Shown piece after piece: positions 49,452 through 60,510 of a stretch of 64,000 nt of DNA; position 1 is the first letter of the stretch, and every line of letters begins with the position of its first letter. The DNA is from Octopus vulgaris (lineage: Eukaryota). Position numbers and translations under genes: made by a program. Under the pieces are notes generated by a model. It searched no databases and was not told the DNA's origin. It saw only the letters and a list, made by a program, of their open reading frames with translations. The DNA is taken from contig OX597837.1 of the NCBI GenBank assembly GCA_951406725.2, positions 24,304,001-24,368,000 of the forward strand, read 5' to 3'.

Positions 49452-52359
49452 TGTATGTATACGCACATACACACATACGCCTGTATGTATACGCACATAC
49501 ACACACATGTATGTATGTATAAATGTCTTAAGGATGTATCATGCGAAAAGACATAGAAATAATCGGACTGAATACCCGATCACGCGGTAGGGCATCCTTC
49601 TAGGAGAAGGTAACTCAGGTAAATGGGATAACTCCGACATAAAACCTGCGGCTCAGTGGTTACCGATGATGATGACTTGTTCTTCTTTTCGGATTATGTC
49701 TGCTGTTGCTTAGTGAGTGGGATTGACTCAGTGCACAGACTTTCCTCACTTTACAAAAAATCTTCTTGCACAGGCATTGCACAATAACAACATTGATTAA
49801 GCCTCATGCAATGGCCATACTCGATAACGAGGGGGCAGCCATCATCATGTCATGTATGTATGTATGATGTATGTATGTATACATATATATATATTAGAAG
49901 AAATGAGGTAATCAGAAGATTGGATGGTTTATATTTACAGATATTTATTTATATATTACATTTTTTACATATATATATCATATCATTTAGATCATTAGCG
50001 CTTTCTCCCATTCTAGTGGGGCTTTCAAATCAAAATATATATCTATGTAGGTAAATTTCCTAATTTGGTTGGTATGGATATACAATCCTAGTGGGGACCG
50101 TATTTGCTTTTACCAGTTACTAATGCTGGCAAACTCGGTCAGTGTAGAAAAACTCCAGTTTATTTTGCTACCCTGAGTAGATCTTTACATTGGTAAATCC
50201 ATATGTCTCCATAGAGACTGCATGTTGTTGATAGAGAAAAAAAATAATAAATTAATAATTAAGGAGAATAGAAATTTATATATCCAGTTTTATTCTGCAG
50301 TTAATCATGTCTTTCGTGAGTAACTGCAGAATAAAACTGGATATATAAATCTGTTTTCCTTCATTATTATTTAATATATATATATATATATATATATATT
50401 TCGTGGAGGCGCAATGGCCTAGTGGTTAGGGCAGCAGACTCGCGGTCGCAGGATCGCGGTTTTGATTCCCAGACCGGGCGTTGTGTGTGTTTATTGAGCA
50501 AAAACACTTAAAAAATAAAACTCCACGGTGCTCCGGCAGGGGGTGGTGATCCCTGCTGTACTCTTTCACCACTCTTTCTCCCACTCTTCCTTCTGTTGGC
50601 CTGCTCGCTTAGCCAGCGGGGTGGCGTCATTCGAAGGCTAAAACAATGCGAACGCATTGTGACCAGCGATGTGTAACAACATCTGATGGTCTGGTCGGTC
50701 ACATGATCACGATATATATTTCAATATTTATGTCAATTTTTAAAATCTGACATGAGTCCCATGCCTATTACACATGGATAGGAACAAATAGATGTGAAAC
50801 TCAAAAGTCCAGCTTCACAGCTCTTCTCTTAAGTTCTTATTTTTTCTGCACTGATGAATACTTTACTAATTCCAGATTCTGAAAATGAATTATCTCTTTG
50901 TATGAAACGATCATCTGCATGAATAAATTTCTTACAACTTTTTAACATCTTATCTCTTCCGTTTTTGACAAATATGGTTGGATTTGTAGAACTTCATTTG
51001 ATAACTTAATCATACACTCAATATACTAATATATATATATATACATATATTCAATAATGAGGGTGAATGAAATTATAGATATTAATTCAATAAGCTATTT
51101 CTAGCACTAGAGTTAACATATTCAAAGTTGGCTCTCTTATATTTACGGATATATATACATATATATATGCATATGGATGAGGACAGCTGTGTGAAGAAGT
51201 GTCACACTCTAACTGTGGAGGAAACCTGTGGAAGAGGTAGACCTAGGAAGACATGGGATGAGGTAGTGAAGCACAACCTTCTAACATTGGGCCTCACAGA
51301 GGCAATGATAAGCAACCAAGACATTTGGAGATATGCTGTGTTTGAGAAGACCCGGCAAGCCAAGCAAGATCATAGTCATAGCCAATGCTAGTGTCGCATA
51401 ACTGGCCTATTTAAAAGCACCCTCCAATCATTGGGCAATATGCCATGCTTGAGTTAAACCAAGTGAAATCGTAGTCATGGCCAATGCCAGTGCCACCTGA
51501 CTGGCACCTGTGCCAGTGGCATGTAATAAGCACTGTTCAAGCATGGCCGAAGCCAGTGGCACCTGAGTGGCACATAAAATGCACCATTCAAGTGTGGCCG
51601 ATGCCAGTGCCGTCTGACTGGCACGTGTGTCAGTGGCACACAAAAAGCACCATTCAAGTGTGACCAATGCAAGTGCTGCCTGACTGGCACCTGTGCCAGT
51701 GGCACATAAAATGCACCATTTGAGCATGGTTGATACCAGTGCTGCCTGAATGGCTCACATGCCGGTGGCACATAAAAGCACCCACTTCACTCTCGGAGTG
51801 GTTAGTGTTATGAAGGACATCCAGCTGTAGAAACATTGCCAAATCAGATTGGAGCCTGGTGCAGTCTCCCGGCTAACCAGTTTTTAGTCAAACCGTTCAA
51901 CCCATGCCAACATGAAAAGCAGACGTTAAATGATGGGAGTGGCTGTGTGGTAAGTAGCTTGTTTACCAACCACATGGTTCCGAGTTTAGTCCCACTGCAT
52001 GGCACCTTGGGCAAGTGTCCTCTACTATAGCCTCTGGCCGACCAAAACCTTGGGAGTAGATTTGGTAGACGGAAACTGAAAGAAGGCCGTCGTATATATG
52101 TATATATGTATATATATATATTTAAATAATGAGGGATATATATATATGCATGTGTATGTTTGTCCCCCTAGCATTGCTTGACAACTGATGCTGGTGTGTT
52201 TATGTCCCCGTCACTTAGCAGTTCGGCAAAAGAGACCGATAGAATAAGTACTGGCCTTACAAAGAATAAGTCCTGGGGTCAAGTTGCTTGACTAAAGGCG
52301 GTGCTCCAGCATGGCCGCAGTCAAATGACTGAAACAAGTAAAAGAGTAAAGAGTATATA

Positions 52360-52905
52360 TACATCAGTCAGTCTACAGAGAGTACAGGCCAAGACCAAGG
52401 TGGAAGAAGACTCAGTGCATGACTTCCTGTCTACAGATGACTGCACACTCAACGCTGCCACAGAGGCTCATATGCACCGGAGCATGAACAGCTTTTCCAC
52501 TGTCTGCAACAACTTTGACCTCACAATCAGTACTCAGAAGACAGAGGTCGGGTACCAACCTATTTTTTTACTACCCACAAGTGGCTAAACACAGAGGGGA
52601 CAAACAAGGACAGACAAACGGATTAAGTCGATTACATCGACCCCCAGTACGTAACTGGTACTTAATTTATCGATCCCGAAAGGATGAAAGGCAAAGTCGA
52701 CCTCGGTGGAATTTGAACGTAACGGCAGACGAAATGCAGCTACGCATGTCGCCCGGCGTGCTAACGTTTCTACCAGCTCGCCACCAACCTGCCCCACAGA
52801 AGCTGTTTGTGGAACCAACTATCATTGTTGAAGGGGAAACCCTGAAGGTCATTGATAAGTTCACGTACCCCTGGTAGCACACTCTCCAGATCTGGGAATA
52901 TTACA
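52360..52905 (+). mobile_element. RTE-BovB-like RT fragment with nested family M SINE (52560-52783, -)
   Basis: LQRVQAKTKV...DFLSTDDCTL...LTISTQKTEV, resuming as QPAP...LKVIDKFTY after the SINE. TSD accaacct. Confidence 0.8.
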
Positions 52906-53002
52906 CTGATAATTCCTAATTAGAAGGCAATGATCTTGAGCAGCAATAATTGACAAAATACAGTTAAACAAGACACAAAACTGCCAAAAGCTGTTTACTT
53001 AC

Positions 53003-53266
53003 CCAAGATAAGAAGACCATTCCTATACCAAGTACTAAGGGAACAACATTTAAAAGTAAACTATGTTTGTCATAGTCAACAGCTAATGCCAAGAACAAGG
53101 CACCCATCACATCGAATATTGTCCGAAGTTTATCAGGCAGACGAGCCATGGCCATTAATGTTACCCATACTGCCATATAGCTACCAAGAAAGTCACTGAA
53201 GCTCAAAACATCGTATTTCATCATACAATATTGGTACAAGTTGCTGGCATCACATGCGTGGTACAC
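53003..53266 (-). CDS. TMEM8: TMEM8/PGAP6-like exon (VYHACD...YDVLSFSDFLGS...FLSW)
   Basis: Acceptor ttccAG at 53267-53269 and donor GTAAGT at 52997-53002. 264 nt, phase 0 to phase 0. YHACD and C..YDVL.F.DF.GS are TMEM8 hallmarks. Confidence 0.96.
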
Positions 53267-54773
53267 CTGGAATAACAAAAGAAGAGTTGCAACGTCAAAC
53301 AGGAGTGTGAGTTTTTCTTTTACAGTTGAGATCATCATCATCATCATCATCATTTAGCGTCCGCTTTCCATGCTAGCATGGGTTGGACGGTTCGACTGGG
53401 GTCTGGGGAAGCCAGAAGGCTGCACCAGGCCCAGTCTGATCTGGCATTGTTTCTACGGCTGGATGCCCTTCCTAACGCCAACCACTCCGTGAGGGTATAA
53501 ATTTACCTAGATTAGAGAGGGTAGTAGTAATAGTAGGTAAACAAGTAAGTAAAATCCCTAGCTGATGACTGGAGGGGGAGGCTGTCCTCTCAACCAATAC
53601 GCTGCTGTAGGTGCTGATGACAGACTTTGGTGATGATATTGTTCCACACTTTCCGATCCATAGAGCAAACCAAATAAGGTACCATGCTTATGGGTTCACA
53701 AAACAATGATTACAAGAAAGCCAGAACTCATGAAATAACAGAGATCAATATGATTACTGAAACTAAGATGATGATCTTACAAATACAAAATTATTTTTAA
53801 CATCCAGCCCATTCTAAGTACCTTGGATTTCAGAACAACCCGCTGTGCTTGAGGAGACCTATTGAGTCAAGTACATGAACATCAAAATAAATATCAATGG
53901 AAATAGTAGTTGTGATACCTGTGCCGGTGGCACATAAAAAGCACCATCCGAACGTGTGTGCATGTGTGTTTGTGTGTCTGTGTTTGTGCCCCTAGCATTG
54001 CTTGACAACCGATGCTGGTGTGTTTATGTTCCCGTCACTTAGCAGTTCGGCAAAAGAGACCGATAGAATAAGTACTGGGCTTACAAAGAATAAGTCCCGG
54101 GGTCGAGTTGCTTGACTAAAGGCAGTGCTCCAGCATGGCCGCAGTCAAATGACTGAAACAAGTAAAAGAGAGAATGAAAAGAAAGTACATATCCTGTGGT
54201 CTGGTTGATCGTTGGGGCACCACTGATAACTTTGCAACCAGGATTGTTTTGGCCATCAAGGTTATTACAAGTTCAAATATGCTTGGGGCTTATTCAAGTC
54301 CATAACAAAGCCATTCATTGTGTTTTGTTGTGGAGAAAATTTCTCACTGTTAGAAAATGGAGTGTTTTCTCCATGACAAAACACAGTGAATGGCTTTCTT
54401 ACAGACTCAAGTATGTCCCAAGCATATTCGAACAAGTAATAACCTTGTGTTTATACACATCACTGCTTAGCACTGCCACCCCAATGATCTTACAACCTTT
54501 TTTTTTTCTTTTTTAAGTAGTAAAAATAATATTTTGAAAAACTTAAAAGAGCAGCAATGAAATTTTAAAAGATTAATGATTGCAGCAAAATTTGAACTCA
54601 GAACAAATATCTTCACCTAACTATCAGCAATTCTGGTTTAACTCAGAACAAGAAAAAGATGTTTTTTGTATTAATCAGCAGAAGAAGAGCAGCACCAAAT
54701 TTTACAAAATTTATCCAAAACTGGAGAGGGAAAAAGGAGGAAGATCTTAATAGCCTCAGACTGAAAGGAGACC

Positions 54774-55200
54774 AGATCTTTTCGGTTTGAACGGCAGTTT
54801 TTAACATAATTTCTAGGTAACTAAAAAATGTTAAACTTTGTATACTGGTAGAATGTGTTTATAAAACATCTTTTTCTTTTGGCTTTATTGAGAAAATTCT
54901 ATACTTTGTAAGATATTTGTTGCTTTTTTTTCTTCAATTTCTGCAATTTCAACCAATCAATAACGTCTATTGAGGTAAAAAACATTCTGTGCCGTATGAA
55001 TATGTCGCTCGTTTAAGAAACAGATTGGGTTTATTTACATTTGTGAAGAAAAAAAGATACCCTTCCCCCACCCCTAACACTAACCCTAACTAACCCTAAA
55101 ACAGATTGAAATGCAATAGATCGATACTAGGGTCATAATTATGGGTGACAATTTCATATGACACCGCTAGAAAAAACTGCCGTTCAAACCGAAAAGATCC
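54774..55200. mobile_element. MITE with ~28-bp TIRs, 8-bp TSD and internal (CCCTAA)n (Merlin-like)
   Basis: agatcttttcggtttgaacggcagttttt / aaaaaactgccgttcaaaccgaaaagatcc. TSD aggagacc/gggagacc at 54766-54773 and 55201-55208. Confidence 0.8.
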
Positions 55201-55434
55201 GGGAGACCTTGTTTAAATATTTGCAACAGAGTGGGCTCCACTAAGACACCTAAGAGTAGTAACGTGATGATGTTGACCCCTTTTGATACCATCCCATCTA
55301 CAATGTCATTGATTCTATGGTACAAAGTTTATTTTAAAGTGACGTATGATGATAATGAAGAATGATGATGACCTAAAATAAAACTGTTCATCAAACTTTT
55401 GTAACAGGATCTAGTATCGGTATCACTGAAAGGG

Positions 55435-56134
55435 TGTCGATCCGATCCCGTCACATACAATTTAGTAAGACATAACAGACGAAGTCAGGTTATCGGTGAA
55501 AGACAGCAGTTTGTTTATTAATTGCGATGGTGTGGCTCAGTGGTTAGAGCGTCGAGCTTACGATCGTGAGGTTGTGAGCTCAAATCCCGGACGGGGCTGC
55601 GTGTTGTGTTCTTGAGCAAGGCACTTTATTTCACGTTGCTCCAGTTCACTCAGCTGTAGAAATGAGTTGCGACGTCACAGGTGCCAAGCTGTATCGGCCC
55701 TTGCCTTTCCCTTGGACAACATCGGTGACGTGGAGAGGGGAGGCCGGTATGCATGGGCGACTGCTGGTCTTCCATAAAACAACCTTGCCCAGACTTGTGC
55801 CTCAGAGGGTATCTCTCTAGGTGCAAACCCATGGTCAGTGCCTGACCGAAGGGGGTCTTTACCTTTTACGTATATCTGATGGGAAAACGACAGCCGAATC
55901 TGTTGTACAGCTTCTTGTTCGTTGGTTGAAGTGGTTCGATGTCGTTCGCGGCTAAGTCGGTGAGGTTATCAGAGTCCACGAAATGCACGTCTGTTCACGT
56001 TGGCTGACAGCCAGAGAGAATGAACCGGGTTTAGCGGGCCTTAGGGATCGTTTCCCGCACATGCGCATGGGGAAGACTTCCGGTGGCCACCCGGAAGTAG
56101 TCCCATTCTGCGCATGCGCCCTGAACCCTACACA
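55435..56134 (-). mobile_element. Possible solo LTR interrupted by a family A SINE (55527-55869)
   Basis: TG...CA ends, AATAAA on the minus strand (55514-55519), CpG-rich promoter-like block at 56050-56120. No TSD found. Confidence 0.4.
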
Positions 56135-56584
56135 GTAGCATCACTACACTTTCATAGTAATTTATGTTCCAAATTCCAGACTAATAAAGAGCAAAATTTA
56201 ATTTCAAAATTTACCTTAAAAATTAATTGAAACAAAGATAGTGTATTTCACAAGAAATATGATAACAAAACAGTTAAATCATATGACAGATTAAGTCTAA
56301 CACCCAAAACTGTTAAAATATGGCTGTGTGGTTAGGGAGCTTGCTTCCTAGCTACATGGTTTCGGGTTCAGTCCCACTGCGTGGCACTTTGGGTAGGTGT
56401 CTTCCACTATAGCCCCGAGCCGACCGAAGCTTTGTGATTGAATTCGGTAGGTGGAAGTTAGTGCCGTGTGTGTATATGTGCGTGTAGCTGCTCAGTGCCT
56501 CTCCGAAAGAGAGAGAGAGGGAATTTGTGTGTGATGTTGCATAAAATAACAGAAATAAACTAAGAAGTAGAAGGTTATACTTAC

Positions 56585-56763
56585 TGCTGAGAAGAACATT
56601 GTGAAGATATATACAACTCCTTCAAGGTAAAAGCGTCGGTAGAAAGCCAAGATGATAGCTGGGATGAAGAATCCATTACTGAGGGTTAACAACATTACTG
56701 CCAACAGTTCCAAACTGTCAGAGTTGGCATCAGTGTCATCAGTACATGCATAACCTTTCCATC
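56585..56763 (-). CDS. TMEM8: TMEM8/PGAP6-like exon (GWKGYACTD...[13 protein letters not shown]...FTMFFSA), end of EGF domain and first TM helices
   Basis: Acceptor tttcAG at 56764-56766 and donor GTAAGT at 56579-56584. 179 nt, phase 1 to phase 0. LLTLSN and [12 protein letters not shown] match DUF3522/TMEM8 motifs. Confidence 0.95.
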
Positions 56764-57161
56764 CTGAAACAATAACAAAGTGAGGTACTTAGAAGGGGGT
56801 GCATCCACTATCCACTAACTAGACTGTCCTATACAATGACAGTCGTAAGAGTAACAACAATAATAACATCTGATGCTGGCACAGAGGCCACAAATTTGAG
56901 CAGAAGGATGTAGGTGATTAGACTTGAACAGATACTTTCATTTGTGAACCGCAGAAAAATGAAATCAAATTCGGCTTTCGCCAGAGTGGTATTTATCCCA
57001 GCTTTTTATGCTCTGAAATTGCCTGCAGCAACACTGGTGCCAAAACAGTATCAAACCTTTATCAGTAGCATGGAGAATGTAGTGACACTTCTGGCCAATC
57101 CACAAACTCAGCCTTTAGTGAAAACAAGTGAATTAGTGACTAGCTTGTTGGAACTTTATCT

Positions 57162-57420
57162 TTGTAGTGACGTCATATTCCAGTGTGCGCACACGCAACG
57201 TCATTCTTCAGTGTGCGTGTGCGGGGTTGGAACCTTCTGGAACCTTCTGGAAAGGCATAAGGAAGTTCCCTCATGCATATGCGCTAGAGACTGAAGAATA
57301 AATTCTATAGCGTTCCTTAATAGCGTCGGGGACTTGAGACACGGCAATAGAAGAGAAAGGACGTATTTTCATACGTGTGATCAGCTTATTCTCCTGTCCC
57401 AGACACTTAGGATTTAACCT
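57162..57420 (+). mobile_element. Possible solo LTR
   Basis: Starts tgtagtgacgtca, CpG-rich, short direct repeat ggaaccttct x2, AATAAA at ~57297. 3' end and TSD unclear. Confidence 0.3.
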
Positions 57421-57702
57421 GTTCTATTGCTGCTGAATTGTTGTAAGAATGGATACCAGTATACCATCGTGTTTCATTGTTGAATAAGAGAATAAAGAAT
57501 TGTATATATTTCTAAACTTGCGTTTTGTTCCTGACTGGTAGTTACTAGAAACAAAAAGAAAGGAAATTGTGTTGCACCCAAGTTGCACCCCAAAAGTGTA
57601 AAGAAGCAACCAGTTCCCTTTACATTTCTATACAAATATCCTATTATATTGAATGTTATTCAGAAATACATATAATAAAACAGGAGTCTCTTTGCTGTAG
57701 AC

Positions 57703-57999
57703 CAGTGGTCCCCAAACTTTTTCAGGTTACTTGCCCCTTGGCACCTAGACCACATTCCTGGAGGCACTCCTCACTCACCACCACAAACATAAACCACTTT
57801 CTATGCAGAAAATTTTAAACAAATGTATTTCACAAAACTTAACCTGATTAACCCAATATTTTGTTGGCTTTACATCTATTGCCCCCTTTTGGTTCACCTC
57901 ATTATCATCCTACTTTTTTTCAATGCCCCCTACCCACTGGATCCTTCCACCACCACACCCCGGGGTGGGGAGCAGTACTGCCCACCTTTAGAGCCACTG
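57703..57999. mobile_element. hAT-like MITE
   Basis: cagtggtccccaaac...tttagagccactg; TSD not preserved. Confidence 0.55.
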
Positions 58000-58118
58000 T
58001 GCCACACAGTTGCTCAATCTGCAAGAAATAGAAAACAAATCTCCCAACAAGAAACACAGTACCAACGCATTGCCTTGGTAAAATATGTGTGAATAACTGA
58101 ATAAAAAACAGTTTGGTT

Positions 58119-58575
58119 AAACAATTGCAGCGTGGAAGGTGTTTGTAAGCCATTCAAGAAACACACAAAAGCCGTTTGATTCACTTCAACATTTAACCCT
58201 TTAGTGTTCAGATTATTCAATCAAACATAATGCCTATTGATTCCCATTGATTTGAATTAATCATGCATTATCTCATATCTTCAAGATCTTGATGGTGTAA
58301 CTACTTAATGTAGAATAACATTGTAGGGTAGGTGTGAGAGCCTGGATCTGGTCAGTTTGAACATAAAACAGATTAACTATTTTGGCTGGATATGGCCGGT
58401 TTAAATACTAAAGGGTTAAATTTAATTTGCCATATATTTTTGTCAGTGAACAGGTCACGGTCTTAAAGCGACGAAAATATTTTGACAAAAATTAAACTTA
58501 AATGTTGAAGTGAATCGAACGGCTTTTGTGTGTTTCTTAAATGACTTACAAACACCTTCCACGCTGCAATTGTTT
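58119..58575. repeat. PLE-type inverted repeat with nested piggyBac MITE (58197-58415)
   Basis: aaacaattgcagcgtggaaggtg...aacatttaa (58119-58196) is inverted at 58498-58575. Confidence 0.85.
58437..58491 (+). ncRNA. Minimal type I hammerhead motif, G3:C8 variant
   Basis: UUUUUGUCA-GUGAACA-G-GUCAC-GGUCUUAAA-GCGAC-GAAA-AUAUUU-UGACAAAAA. 9-bp stem I, palindromic AAUAUU. Confidence 0.65.
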
Positions 58576-58731
58576 GCATTTCGCACGCGATCTCAGATCA
58601 AATCACTTGCTATGCAAGTACATCTTCGTAATTCCAAGAGTTTGGTTAAAGCTGGAACACTTCTGGTCACAGAACTGCTTGATCAGGATTGCTTGATCAG
58701 CATTCAAATTACTGTCAAATGTAATACTAAT

Positions 58732-59090
58732 TTATTACCTCCATCTCAGCGAAGGCATCGTTTTCAGTTGTGTTTGTTTGTTTTTCCGTGAACAAGATAT
58801 CTCAAGAACCACTGCATGAATTCCGACGAAACTTTCAGGAATGTATGGCCTTATGACTGGCATGAACTGATTAGATTTTGGGATCAATCCAATACCAAGG
58901 ATTCTGGATTATTTTTCCTGTTTTTTTACTTAATCTTTAACAGCAGACAAGTTCATTTTGAGTATTCTCATTTGTGAGAGCAGTCGAGTTTATTTCAGAT
59001 ATTCTCATTCTAAAAATCATCTCTGGCTAATCATTGATTGGACACTGGTGTTGCTTTGGCGGAGGTTTGTGCTCTCTGAGTGTTCTTGGT
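58732..59090 (+). mobile_element. Helentron-associated non-autonomous element (HINE/DINE-1-like)
   Basis: Subterminal inverted repeats ttattacctcc... / ttggcggaggt, a (GTTT) tract, and 3' hairpin gtgctctctgagtgt. Confidence 0.6.
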
Positions 59091-59293
59091 AATTTTGTTT
59101 TGAATTAAACATGCATTTTCTCATAGGCTTGAGATTTCAATGATATGATTGTTTATTTTACAATGACAGTGTAGGGTATGTGTGAAAGGCAGGACCTGGC
59201 TAGTTTGAACATAACAGGGAAAATATTTTGGTCGGATATGGCCAGTTTAAATACTAAAGGGTTAAGCAATAAAGGAAAACAGACAGAACTTAC

Positions 59294-59439
59294 CAGCAAA
59301 ACACCGACATGCACTAAATACAAATAATCCACTAATGTATTCAGCACAGTGACCGTAATGGCCACATTTTTCATTTAAACATCGAGATTGAATAATAGTG
59401 AAACGTGCAGATGGAAATGTATGACATGGCTCCACAGTC
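59294..59439 (-). CDS. TMEM8: TMEM8/PGAP6-like exon, EGF-like domain (CLNEKCGHYGHC...SACRCFAG)
   Basis: Acceptor ttccAG at 59440-59442 and donor GTAAG at 59289-59293. 146 nt, phase 2 to phase 1. Cysteine spacing fits the TMEM8 EGF-like domain. Confidence 0.92.
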
Positions 59440-59712
59440 CTGGAAGTAGAAGAACACAAGAGATGATTCAGTAATGGCAAGTCAAAACACATTGATTTCA
59501 AATTTTGGCACAAGGCCAGCATTTTTATGGGAAGGGAGCAAGTTGATCACATCAAACCATAGTGTTTAACTGGTACTTATTTCATCGACTCCAAAAGGAT
59601 GAAAGGTAAAGTCGACTTCATCGGAATTTGAACTCAGAACAGAAGGATAGATGAAATGCTGCTAAGCATTTTGCCTGGCATACAAATGATTTTGCCAGCT
59701 CGTTACCTTAAC

Positions 59713-60510
59713 ATCATCATCGTTTAACGTCCGCTTTCCATGCTATCATGGGTTGGACGGTTCAACTGGGGTCTGGGAAGCCAGAAGGCTGCACCAGGCC
59801 CAGTCTGATCTGGTAGTGTTTCTACAGCTGGATGCCCTTCCTAATGCCAACCACTCCGTGAGTGTAGTGGGTGCTTTTTACGTGCCAGATGAGGCTGGCA
59901 ACGGCCACGATCGGTTGGTGCTTTTTACGTGCCACCGGCACAGGGACCAGGCGAAGCTGGCAACGGCCACAGTCGGATGGTGCTTTTCACGTGCCACCGG
60001 CACAGATGCCAGTTGGGCGGCGCTGGCTACAGCCACGTTCGGATGGTTCTCTTACGTGCCACCAGCACTGGTATCACAGCTACAAATTCCATTAATGTTG
60101 ACAGATTATGATTTTGATTTTCACTTGCCTCAACAGGTCTTCACAAGTGGAGTTTTGTGTTCCAAGAAGGAAAGGAATGCATAAGTGGGCTGGCTACATC
60201 CCAAGTAGAGGCCACAGGATTATGGCTTCACCTGTCCTGCCGGGTCTTCTCACGCACAGCATACTTTCAAAGGTCTCGGTCTCTAGTCATTTCCTCGGCA
60301 AGACCTAAAGTTCGAAGGTCGTGCTTCACCACCTCGTCCCAGGTTTTCCTGGGTCTACCTCTTCCACAGGTTCCCTCAACCACTAGGGTGTGGCACTTTT
60401 TCATACAACTATCTTCATCCATTCTCGCCACATGACCATACCAGCACAAACGTCTCTCTTGCACACCACAACTGATGCTTCTAAGGTCCAACTTTTCTCT
60501 CAACTTTTCT
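59713..60510 (-). mobile_element. RTE LINE 3' fragment in TMEM8 intron
   Basis: LREKLDLRSISCGVQERRLCWYGHVARMDED...GRPRKTWDEVV, then a repeat-rich UTR and (GAT)n. Confidence 0.88.

Noticed and set aside
52964-53353. Poly-Met start of the ORF-track peptide
   Set aside because: The (ATG)n is an RTE tail in the intron; the exon starts at the acceptor at 53266.
55527-55600. tRNA gene-like sequence (also 50-125 and 15822-15900)
   Set aside because: Continues into a SINE body found in many copies; these are SINE heads, not tRNA genes.
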